DNA of 64,000 nt. Origin: Adineta vaga. Its lineage: Eukaryota > Animalia > Rotifera. This document shows, piece after piece, positions 14,031-24,653 of this stretch. Position numbers and translations under genes: made by a program. Under the pieces are notes generated by a model that saw only the letters and a program-made list of their open reading frames with translations, made no database searches and had not been told where the DNA came from. The DNA lies in the NCBI GenBank assembly GCA_021613535.1, contig CP075492.1:14446001-14510000 (forward strand). The letters are read 5' to 3'. Numbering within the stretch: the first letter of the stretch is position 1; every line of letters begins with the position of its first letter.

Positions 14031-16124
14031 ATGTTACCTACTTCTTCAACTCAAGCAGCGGTATCATCGAATACAATCGATGATTGTTCGATTTGTTTAA
14101 ATGTTCTAGCACCGGGTCCACCAGTCTTAACATTGTCTTGTAATCATAAATTTCATTTACAATGTTTGGCTTCTAATATTCAAGCACGAAACAAACAATG
14201 CCCTCTATGCCGAGCAACTATTGATGCATCTGTGGTGCAATTACTTGCACAGGTACGAATCATCTACCAGTGCAACAACAACAACAAGTGCCATCTTTCT
14301 TTTTCGGTCATCGTTTTCCAACGCCTTCACCAATAACCATTGTATGTTATTTATCGATATAAAATATGATAAATCTTTATTATTATTTTTTATTTTATAG
14401 GCAATTCCTTCAGTTGAAGATCCAGTTGATGAAACTGCTGTACGAGATCTTTCTGCTCGAATTTCTTCAGCTCGACAAGCTGCAGCTGCTTCAGCTAACA
14501 CAGCTAGCAATCGTCCAATGATCACGACAACGACAACACTCGAATATGGTGCTCAAGCATTTCGTCCTCAATCAAATATTTATGGTCTAGTTACGCTTCA
14601 AGCGCCCCCAGAAATTGTATCATCTGCCAGTACATCATCAATCGCAAGCCGTGTTCCTGTTGATCTCGTTTGTGTTGTTGATCAAAGTGGATCGATGTCT
14701 GGTGAAAAAATGAGATTATTAAAACAAACTCTCGTTTATATAACTGAACAATTAAATGATCTTGATCGTTTAGCAATTGTTTCATTTGACACTTCTGCTT
14801 TTGATCGTTCACATGGATTAAAACGGATGAATCAACAAAAGTAAGTGACTTTCTTTGTAAAATACAACGAAATCAATATTATTGTTATTAAACCTTTTGT
14901 CTAGTCAACAAATTGTAACGAAAGCAATCAATGATGATATTCCTGATGGTGGTGGTACATACATCGGATGTGGATTAGAAATGGGTATCAATCTATTAAA
15001 TCATCGTCAAACAAAAAATCCTATTACTGCTTTACTTTTACTTACCGATGGTCAAGACAATGAAACACACGATTATACACAATTGTTAACAACATTACCA
15101 GCAGATGTTGTGTGTCATACATTTGGTTATGGCGCTGATCATATGGCTGCTTTATTAGTACAAATCGCCGAGAAAGGCAATAATGGTAGTTTTACTTATA
15201 TAGTAAGTTTGATCTTTTAAAAGTAGATAGATTAAGATAATTTTTTTGTTTTGAATAGGATCAAGAGCAAGCTGTAGGTCCAGCTTTTGCTATGACATTA
15301 GGTGGTTTATTTAGTTGTGTTGCACAGCAAATTCGAGTTGATATTGAATTTCATGGACAATATGCAATTACTCATGTACATTCGAAATATCAACATGAAC
15401 CAAATACGTTACCTTCGCAAAAGTTAACATTTAAATTAAATGATCTCAATGCAGATGAAAAACGAAATTTAATTTTTCAATTACATGTACCTGAAATCGA
15501 AGATAATCAAACTGTCGAAATGATTGATCAAGATATGATGTCACAAGTTGAACAATCAATTGATGTTTCTCAGACTATCGGTAAGAATCTATTTTCATTA
15601 TTATAAGAACTTTGCAATGTAATGTAATCTCTCTTTTTTTAGGTCAAGTCAGAGTCACTTATACTGATCCAAACAGTAATCAAACATTAACAACAATACC
15701 TGTTCCCTTTCAATTGATTCGAACACCACAACCAACTACTGCTGAACTTCAAGTCAATTATACACTTGATTTGCAACGAAATCGAGTCGAAACTGCTCGT
15801 GAAATCAAACTAGCTATGGATGAACATGATTATCGACGATCACGTGCCATTCTTAAAGCTCAAGTTAATAAAATCAAAGCAAGTGTATCCAGTAAAGATC
15901 CATTCTGTCTACTATTGATCCGAGATCTTGAATATCGATATCCATCAGAACATACCTATCGTTCATCACATCATAATACATACATGCAACATTCATCGGA
16001 ACGAGGAACGTACGCACCTGTAACTACATTTAGTTCTGCCGCATACTTAAGTCCTTACCAACAACAACAGGCCGTGCATTTTCAACAACAACAACAACAA
16101 CAAAATCATGATCAATCGTCATAG
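14031..16124 (+). CDS. RING-H2 finger + VWA + Vwaint-like protein (WAV3-like putative E3 ligase), 5 exons
   Basis: RING CSICL..LSCNHKFHLQCL..CPLC; VWA MIDAS DQSGSM and LLTDG. Exons: 14031-14252 (or to 14341 with a frameshift), 14401-14840, 14905-15202, 15259-15580, 15643-16124; GT-AG junctions are in phase. Confidence 0.88.
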
Positions 16125-16471
16125 TTTATTTATTCTCTGAACACTATTCATGACTTCGTTTTTTCGTATTTCCATGATTTTTTTAAAATAATTAACTTTC
16201 ATAGATAATTCTGTTCGAATAGTTCTTTTTTTTTACAATCTACCTTTCTTAGAAAGACGGTTCATGACTATATACGGATTAATATTAAATAATAAATGTA
16301 GGATTTTACTCGTTCATAGTAAAGAAATCATATGACAAATATTTGCATGAATGTATTAGTCGCATGATAATTCTTATTACTTTCTTTAAAATCAAGCATT
16401 TTCTTAAAGATTGTGGGTGCTACAGTTCCTATAAACTATGGGTATGCACCATTATCTTTCTTCTTTCAGAA

Positions 16472-17290
16472 ATGAACGTCAAGTCTGAAACTATTATTCA
16501 AATGACTAACGAATCATCGAATACAAATGTTAATGAAAGCAATTCTTCCGATGTTCTTCTAAGATTAATCAAAGCACACAAAAAAGAATCAATTCAGGAA
16601 ATTTTACTAATAACAATTATTACTGTTGTTTGCACCGTAGGAAGTATTATTTGTTTTGTCGTTGGAAAAGTTGTTGCTGAACGTTCTGAAGTTCTGATTA
16701 CACTATTAACTTTAGGTGGTATTCTATCAGCGAAAGTTCTTTTCCTCTTGCTCATCTTGTGTTATGGTATCAATTATTATCGCGTTGGTTTTCGTTGGAT
16801 GAATTATGCTCAGTATATCATATATTTGGATGGTGAACTATGGCAAAAACAAGTTGATTCACTTCGAAAGATTATTCATTCGAAACGTTCACGATTATGT
16901 TGTCGATCAACGAATTCAGAGCGTTTTCCAACGCACACATCTGGTCACATTGTTTTGGCAAAAGAAGGAATTATTATTGATGATTTTTTGATTTTTAAAT
17001 ATGAGAAATTTGTTATATATCGTCTTGATGTAATGGATGGTACAGCGGGAACAGACGTTAGTCTTCGATTGCTTCTTTGTCCTGATGATGCTGTACCAAC
17101 AGAAGGCTTTCCCGATAGAAGCAAAGAGAAAGAATTCGAACTCTATCTGTTCTTGGAACCATTTTGTCAAACACAAGAATTAATGAATATTCGCGATAGT
17201 ATTCTTGCCAATGCAGAGAAATGTCTTAATGCTACAGGGTATTTTAGACATACTCATAGTAGTGCACGGTCAAATTCGTTCAGTTTCTGA
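16472..17290 (+). CDS. Uncharacterised 2-TM membrane protein, copy 1 of a local 3-member family
   Basis: Two hydrophobic helices, then IIYLDGELWQKQVDSL..GHIVLAKEGIIID..FELYLF, shared with 18897-19721 and 23317-24092. Likely start is ATG 16472. Confidence 0.75.
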   Translation: MNVKSETIIQMTNESSNTNVNESNSSDVLLRLIKAHKKESIQEILLITIITVVCTVGSIICFVVGKVVAERSEVLITLLTLGGILSAKVLFLLLILCYGINYYRVGFRWMNYAQYIIYLDGELWQKQVDSLRKIIHSKRSRLCCRSTNSERFPTHTSGHIVLAKEGIIIDDFLIFKYEKFVIYRLDVMDGTAGTDVSLRLLLCPDDAVPTEGFPDRSKEKEFELYLFLEPFCQTQELMNIRDSILANAEKCLNATGYFRHTHSSARSNSFSF

Positions 17291-17326
17291 AAACAAACTC
17301 TCTAATTACATGACTATGAACGTTGC

Positions 17327-17415
17327 TTTTTTTCTCTCTGCTACATCTTGTTAATACTTAATGTTCCTTTTTTTCTCTCTGCTACATCTTGTTAATACTT
17401 AATGTTCCTTTTTTT
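17327..17415. repeat. Perfect 41-bp tandem duplication in a 3' UTR
   Basis: Unit tttttttctctctgctacatcttgttaatacttaatgttcc occurs at 17327-17367 and 17368-17408, followed by another T7. Confidence 0.9.
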
Positions 17416-17631
17416 GAATAAAAAAGCTTATATAAAAATATCATACAGTAATTTGAAGACGATAAACATTTGTACAGATTACAAGCTGAGAATATTTGTT
17501 TGAAGTACTCTTTTTTTATTTGTTCTGACTAAATATTGCGATGAAAACGAAGGAGAGAAAGAAATAGAAGTGTGATTCTTTTTTCTTTCGACACTTTTTC
17601 AAAAAAATCATTCATTTGAATTATATCAAAT

Positions 17632-18321
17632 ATGGGATTCAAAGAGCGATTTCCACGATGGGTTACATTAGTTTTAGCTATACTTCAATTGATTTTAACT
17701 GCAGCTATTGCTGGTTTGGAATTCGGTTCGTTTTATCATGATGTCGCACATGGTACGATATGGGCAGGCTTTTGGTCATGTCTTATTTTCATTCCAACAT
17801 TTCTCTTGATGTTTATTCTCAGTAAGTCAATCTAATGAGAAAAAATCTATCAAATAATTCATTTTAGCTTGTTGTTGTCGCGGACGATGTTGTGCAACAT
17901 ATCTTTTAATCTTAAATCGTAAGTTCGCATCCTTTCTTTTTCTAATGAAGAAAACTTTTTTTCGTCTTCTTCTCTATTCATAGTCTTAAGTGCACTATTG
18001 GCAGGTGTAATAATCTATTTCGATGTATATTTTCAAGATAATATATGCAAATGCTACTTAGGTGATAGTTTATGTTGTGCTTTACGTGATATAAAAAGTT
18101 TCAATTCAGCATATGGTGATATAGCTAAAAATTGTACACCGGTTTATTTCAATGGTGTACAAGCATCCGTTGATATGTGTTACAAATCTCCACCAACGGA
18201 TAAATATATTTTTCTCAAAGCACAATTAGGCTGTGCTGTCGGAATGTTAGTTACTTGTGCATTGTACATTATTGCTTATTTCTACGGTTGTTGTATGGTT
18301 TGTTTTGGACATAAAGATTGA
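17632..18321 (+). CDS. Four-TM membrane protein (MS4A/CD20-like topology) with Cys-rich second loop, 3 exons
   Basis: Exons 17632-17821, 17868-17918 and 17984-18321 are in phase. TM2 has GTIWAGFWS; four hydrophobic segments. Confidence 0.7.
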
Positions 18322-18896
18322 ATAAATATACAAGTTTGATTTTCTTTTTAAATGAAAAGACGTTTTTTTTTCTCGATGTTAATCAAATATGACATCGATG
18401 AAGGGCATGAATCGTTTCAAGAAGAAGCGAGAAAAAGGAAGAGAAAATGCTTCTTTTGCGTTCTGTATAGTATTCAACAAGACGACGACGACAACGACAA
18501 ACAATTGTCCATAGTTTCGTTTTTCTTAACCTTTCATTGAAAATTATGTGAGTTTGAGTTGAATCAATTGCTTATAAGAAATTTCATCTTCAGTTAACTA
18601 AAACTAATCTATTGAATGATAATTAAACGCTAAAATGTTTACTAAATGTCTATCAAAACAGCTCGTGACTATTTTTGTATTGTTAAATATTAATAAATAA
18701 GAAGAAAATATATGAAAAATCATGTTTTAAATATTTATAAATGCGTAATATCTCCATGATAATTCTTGAGAATTTTCAAACGATTGTAGATCATTATATT
18801 GACTCTGTCAGTCGAAGTCACTAACATCAGCATTATTTAGACATACTTGATGTAGTTAAAGAGGAAGCAAGTTGGTTCTTTAAAGTTATTTGAAAA

Positions 18897-19721
18897 ATGG
18901 AAACGAATGTAAAGATAACCATCGATACTCAAGATCAAAAGAACATTGTTGTTCAAACTTCTGTACCGCCAATGAAATCTTCGAGTGTTATTTCAAGAAT
19001 ACTGACATCGCGAAGAAAAGTATTCACATTCGCCGCTCTTATAACATGGAGTCTTACTGTAATCTTCATTATTCTAAGTATCATTTGTTTCATTTTTATA
19101 AAGAATAAACCATCCAAGAATGCCATATATTTACCATCAATGTTATATGGAATAACTGCAACTATACTCGCTTTTATCATGCTCGTCTTTTCTTATTTCA
19201 TCTGTAGCGCTCGACAATGTATTTGTGGTTGGATACATAATTTTGAAACCATAATTCAGCTTGATAATGAAATCTGGCAACAACAAGTTGATTCAATTAA
19301 AAAAACTGTACCTCCTAAAATGGCTCGTAAACATTGTCTAACTGCAAATTTTGGTCGTGTAAGAAAACGTCAATATGGTCATATCGTTTTGGCAAAGGAA
19401 GGTATTGCTGTTGATGAACTCACTATAATTAAATATAATGCTTATGTGATACGTCGTATTGAGTTGATAAATAATACTGTACAAACAGGATTTATTCTTC
19501 GATTATTTTTGGTTCAACGTACAGTTATGTATGATGAGAAGTCTCTTTCAAATGATGAAATCACATTTGAACTCTATCTATTTATGCCGATTGGTATTCC
19601 AATTGAACAAGTGATTTATCTTCGTGAAAATATCCTTGCTAACTCGTACAAATGTCTCGATGCTCTTGGCTTTTTTAAACATTCCACAGATAATTATCAG
19701 CTACAAATATGCAATTCATAA
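18897..19721 (+). CDS. Uncharacterised 2-TM membrane protein, copy 2
   Basis: Intronless 274-aa ORF with IIQLDNEIWQQQVDSI..GHIVLAKEGIAVD..FELYLF. Confidence 0.8.
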   Translation: METNVKITIDTQDQKNIVVQTSVPPMKSSSVISRILTSRRKVFTFAALITWSLTVIFIILSIICFIFIKNKPSKNAIYLPSMLYGITATILAFIMLVFSYFICSARQCICGWIHNFETIIQLDNEIWQQQVDSIKKTVPPKMARKHCLTANFGRVRKRQYGHIVLAKEGIAVDELTIIKYNAYVIRRIELINNTVQTGFILRLFLVQRTVMYDEKSLSNDEITFELYLFMPIGIPIEQVIYLRENILANSYKCLDALGFFKHSTDNYQLQICNS

Positions 19722-20456
19722 ATTCAAAGATAACAATGCATCCTTATAGTCGTTTGCAAGACATTGATGTTCTATAATTAATATTACAGCTTTCTTTTTC
19801 ATTAATATTGTTTGTTATCTTTCAATGCTTTCTATCTGTAGTCTTTTCAAATATGTACACTGGAAATAGAAACCTACGCAAAACTGTGATTCTCTTTCTT
19901 TCAAATGCCTTAGTATAATACTAGTATATTTACACGTGTCGTGCTCTAATTCAAGGAATAAGATTCAGAAAATAGATCGTGAGAATCTTCCTATAAGCTA
20001 TTTGGTACAAATGTTTGAATTGAACTTTTCTGAAGTATTGGAGACAAATGATTTCAAGAATGATAATCATTCAAATGTCATATCCATTAAGATATTAATA
20101 ATGAAGTTTTTCGATACGTTTATATTAGTTTACATATGTAGACAGAGGTCGTGTTATAACTAGTGTCAAGCAAACAATAAAGTTTGTTGCAATGTTATTT
20201 AATTTTCCTTTTGTATCGAATGGATAACAAAAGTAGAAACTCTAATTTTTCAATCAGATCATAGTTTGCATTGCAAAATAAAGTCTATACAAATTCTTTT
20301 TACATGAATATGACTTTTCTCAAGATCTACTATTGAATTGAAGATATAATAAGTCTATGTATAAGAAGTGGCTTTCGCAAGCAATCATTATATTAATAAG
20401 ACAAAAGCTATTTCCTGATGTTCTGTTTATCGAAACACACAATGATCAGAGAACGT

Positions 20457-22044
20457 TCAATCTTTCCAAAGTAATACAGTTTTTTCATCATAAGCTATAT
20501 CCAAGAACCCGCCAATACTGTGACTAACAGCAGAGCCAAAGTGATCACCAACAACACAGTGCCAAGTTGATTCAAAATTCTTATGTGCTGCTATTTGAAT
20601 TCGAGCAGCTATATCATCGTTTCTACCTCCTTTATCCACGCTCGATATGATAATAGGAATGATTTGTTCTTGTACATACAATGACATATCACAACTTTTT
20701 ATCTTGAATTTATTGTTTGGAGATTTGAAAGGAACATCTAAAATAAATGAAGTAAATCATTAGTAATGCAATTTCACAATTCTAAATGTTAAACTAGTCG
20801 ATCGTGCTTCTAATTCGTATACTGAAATAAACTTCAACCTGACTAGCGCATTTTTTAGTTCTCTCAGACCTAAAAAGCTTTTATAGAGAGTTGGTTGTGC
20901 ATAATTCCTAGAGCAAAATCGATTCTACGATGCTCAACAAAATGGATTAGAGTGTATTCTAGAAAATGCAACTATTTTACTTAGTTCCAACGAAGCAGGA
21001 TACTCGTCTGCTGTTTCAGAAACAGCGTTATCTTCGCATTTTGATATAGATGGTTTGCTGGATAATGAATTTGCTCTGTTTGTCGTACTGTTGTACAGCA
21101 TCCTACTTTTTGTTGGCTTTGTATCAACTATAGATGAATAAAAAACAGATATCGATAGAAAAATGAAATAAATGTAACAGTCAAATCAACACCAATCCTC
21201 TACTACAGAATATATGATTTATAAATAATCTTACTAGGTGATGGGGGCGAAAGTTTGATTTTCAAAAGAGTTGCATCGATATTGGAAGTTGGAGATGTAG
21301 GTTTATCCAAAGGAGGTTTCACCAATGGAAAAAGTGGATCTATTTCTTTGAGCTGAATAATATGAAGACCAGCTCCACCATTGAGTTGACCGATTACTTC
21401 GAAATATGAGCCAGGCATGAGTATTATTTCTTCTTCGGTATCTTTATAATAAGAATGAAGTGTTACTGATTTACCATATTGGCAATCAATAGAAAACATA
21501 GTACGAACACCGCTCTCACCCAGAAATTGTTCATTCTTTAGCATTCAATATTCTTCGTACAGGAACTTACTCCCCACCATGCTACTTTCTTTCCCTTCGG
21601 ATAATCCAAACTCAAATCTACATCGCGTAATCCACGCCAGACTGTGCGAGCTTGAGAAGGAAGTTTGTAAAGGGCCGTAAGAAAAAGTTTAAGAAACAAA
21701 TGCCATGGTTCTAGATTTCGTCGATTTACAGCTCGTAGATTTTCGTTCAAAACTTTAAATAGACTAGGACCACCATCGAATTGCATAGTGTACAGATGAA
21801 TAGCTGCTGATTCATTCTGCGTTAGACCTTCTTTCGGCTGCTCGCAATTGTGCATTGCTACCCAAGCGTTCTCGTGAATTTCGTTAAAGAAACCAGAAAT
21901 AGGTTCGATTGCTTCGGCAAGTGAGACAAGTGGTGCGGTTTGATAGGCTTTAACGGGTGAGAGCATATGAGTGACAGGTTCATCAGCGATATCCATATAG
22001 CGCCCGGTTGTTTTCTTCGATCGACGATAATTTGAGTTTGCCAT
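20457..22044 (-). CDS. NAD:arginine ADP-ribosyltransferase (R-S-ExE type) fused to a C-terminal dynein light chain LC8-like domain, ~412 aa; 1-nt frameshift at 21544
   Basis: ART motifs ESAAIHLYT, TVWRG, WWGVSSCT, TEEEIILMPG. Exons 22044-21235, 21127-20981 and 20737-20457, with phase-1 GT-AG junctions. Last exon encodes IKSCDMS..DIAARI..TWHCVVGDHFGSAVSH..VLLWK. Confidence 0.8.
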
Positions 22045-22098
22045 ATTTTATAATCTACAAATTTCACAACTTCTTCTGTAGTCTTCTGATGATGAAAA

Positions 22099-22122
22099 AC
22101 ACACACACACATACACATACAC
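22099..22122. repeat. Imperfect (AC)n microsatellite upstream of the ART gene
   Basis: acacacacacacatacacatacac. Confidence 0.8.
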
Positions 22123-23316
22123 AAGCAATATCGGCCTGATATACCTCCCTCATGCGCGTGACAGAGAATACAGTATTTGAAAGAATGAATAATATCGGAG
22201 CAAAAAACATCATGGGCAAACCACAAGGCAACAACGAAAATTTTACGATAAAAATCACTCGCCATCCATCTTTCTATGCTGTTTTCAACAGTTTCTCTTT
22301 CTTACTTATATTAGTCAAAGGCTTCATGTTTTTTTTCATTTCTGCCAAGTTGTTTTGTTGTCTGGAAGGATGCCAGGAAGCGTTTTCGGTATTTTCAAAA
22401 TGTCGATAATCCTTCAGTCATTACTCGCGGGTACAATATGTTATGGTCTTAATATTCTCAAGAGTATTATGTCTTAGTTCACACGTCTGAATGTCCAACA
22501 CATCATCGGATAAAGCAACTCATAAAAAAATTAAAGAGTAATATCATTATATTATATTTCTTATATGTATACATAATTTGAACTACGCATACTTCATTTT
22601 GCGAACCTACCGTTTCGTTTGTATTTTAGGTGTAGAAAGAAATACTGTGTAAATTGTAAGAGAACTTCATTCTCTTTGCACATCGACGAAAAAAAAGTGA
22701 GTCGTCAATCTGCCAAAAAACACAACGATGCGTACCCGACTGAAACAATTCTATTTACTTTGCATTTTTGACTAAAAATTTTATTTAGTCAATGCTTCAC
22801 AGAAAAAAAATGTGGTCTGGATGAAAATAAGAATTACATTAAACATTATATTTTTTTATCCACACTTATCGAATAGTATATACATGTGAATGCACATATT
22901 TACTTATGTAACAAATAAATTTTCAAAAAATCGTTTTATGAACGTGTCTTAGAAACGTTTATTAAAAGTTTTTATTATCGCTAAATAACATCGTGCGTGC
23001 ATGAAATGGCTGAAAGGTTTTCTTTTTATGAGATCATATGCGATAAATATTTATCTGAAGTTTATGATATCTTTAGACAACATTCATTTTTGCGTAAAAA
23101 TTAATAATTCTTTTAAAAGCTGTAGTTACTAAATCATTTGCTCTGTGAGAATTGCACTAACAGCATATCTGCACAATACAAGCAATAAAGAGACTTATGA
23201 TTTTCTTTTAACAATAAGTGAGTAAACTATTATATCGTGTGTGTGATGATCTCGCGAAATTCATCTAAGGATTCTTTTTAGCTAAATAAAATACTTTAAA
23301 TGTCAATACTGTCTTC

Positions 23317-24092
23317 ATGGCTACAAATACTTCTGCATCATCAATAATTCATTCAGATGTAATTTCAAGATTGATCAAATGGCATAAGAGAATCATAAAA
23401 CATGGAGTTATCATATTTTCGATTATTACTCTGATCTCAATCGCTATCACTAGTATTGTTTTGTTTTTGTTAAGATAAATGCATCAAAAAGTAACAATAT
23501 AGTGATACCTTTAGTATTCGGTATAATTGGAACCTTAGCAATGATTTCTTTTCTCATCATTCTTTGCTTGGTCTGTCGATCTTGGCATGATGGTCTTAAC
23601 TGGATGAACAATGTTCAGCATATGATTCAACTTGATGGTGAACTATGGCACAAGCAAATCGATTCACTTCAAAATACTATACCTCCTAAAGAAGTAAGAG
23701 TATTGTGTCGAGATCTGAATTACGATTATTTAAAAAGAAATCCATCTGTTCATATTGTTTTCGCCGTAGAAGGAATTATTATTGATGCAATTTTCGTAAT
23801 CCGATATGATTTGTATGTTGTACATCAGGTTCATTTGATTCATAATACCGAAAATACAGGATACATTCTTCGATTAGTCCTAGTTACGCGCATTAACTCT
23901 TTGAATACCGATATCGACAAAGGTTTACAAATAGCATTCGAAATATATTTATTTATGGCATCGCATATTCAACTTCAACAGATCACTGATATACGTGAAA
24001 GTATTCTTTCTAACTCACATAAACATCTAGCTGCTACTGGATATTACAAAAATGTTAGGAATGATCTACAATTAAACACAATCAATCGATAA
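23317..24092 (+). CDS. Uncharacterised 2-TM membrane protein, copy 3 (1-nt frameshift in a T run at ~23465)
   Basis: ATG 23317 gives MATNTSASSIIHSDVISRLIKWHK.., homologous to SDVLLRLIKAHK of copy 1. One extra T in the run joins it to the 23502 ORF (MIQLDGELWHKQIDSL..HIVFAVEGIIID..FEIYLF). Confidence 0.75.
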
Positions 24093-24218
24093 GAAAATAT
24101 ATCTACTCATTCTTCTATTGTCGTAACTTTGAAAGACATTGATCTTGCTTTGTATGCTTTAAGTGTCTGTTGGTGCCAAATCGTAAAAATAAATGTTCTT
24201 TCATCAATGTAATTGAAG

Positions 24219-24653
24219 TTATGATAATGCTTTGATTCGTTCGATCAGAGGAGTTGGATCAAGATAAATCTTGAGTGAAGATAGTTTGTTTTCGTCGATT
24301 TTCTTTTGAAATACAGCAAGTCCTGAAAGTTTAATCTCTTTTTTGGATGGATCATGCTTTAAAATAATTATTGCATCAACTTCAGTATAAATTCGATTCG
24401 AAACAACATCAACATGTTTAACAATATATTTTGCCGATTGTCGTTGACGATTTTCTGCAACATGTGAAGCTATATCTTTGTGTCCTTTAATTAATGGTCC
24501 ATTCGTATGAACTAGAACTGCATCATGTTGAAAAAATTCATCGATCCAACTTCCGATGTTGAATGTATCAGAACTCATTTTGTCATAAAATGCTTGAGCC
24601 CATACACGTCCGGCTTCATTTTGTTCATCGATTGATGCGTTTGAAAAGGACAT
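24219..24653 (-). CDS. SnoaL/NTF2-like fold protein
   Basis: 144 aa, intronless. WAQAFYDKM..EFFQHDAVL..NGPLIKGHKDI..SSLKIYLDPTPL matches the typical SnoaL-like pattern. Confidence 0.7.
   Translation of the reverse strand: MSFSNASIDEQNEAGRVWAQAFYDKMSSDTFNIGSWIDEFFQHDAVLVHTNGPLIKGHKDIASHVAENRQRQSAKYIVKHVDVVSNRIYTEVDAIIILKHDPSKKEIKLSGLAVFQKKIDENKLSSLKIYLDPTPLIERIKALS

Noticed and set aside
17327-17415. CRISPR-like array
   Set aside because: Only two abutting copies, no spacers, no cas genes, and a eukaryotic context.
20457-20687. Stand-alone canonical dynein light chain gene
   Set aside because: It is far more diverged than true LC8 orthologues, its first strand lies upstream of the Met, and it is preceded by an in-phase acceptor linking it to the ART exons.
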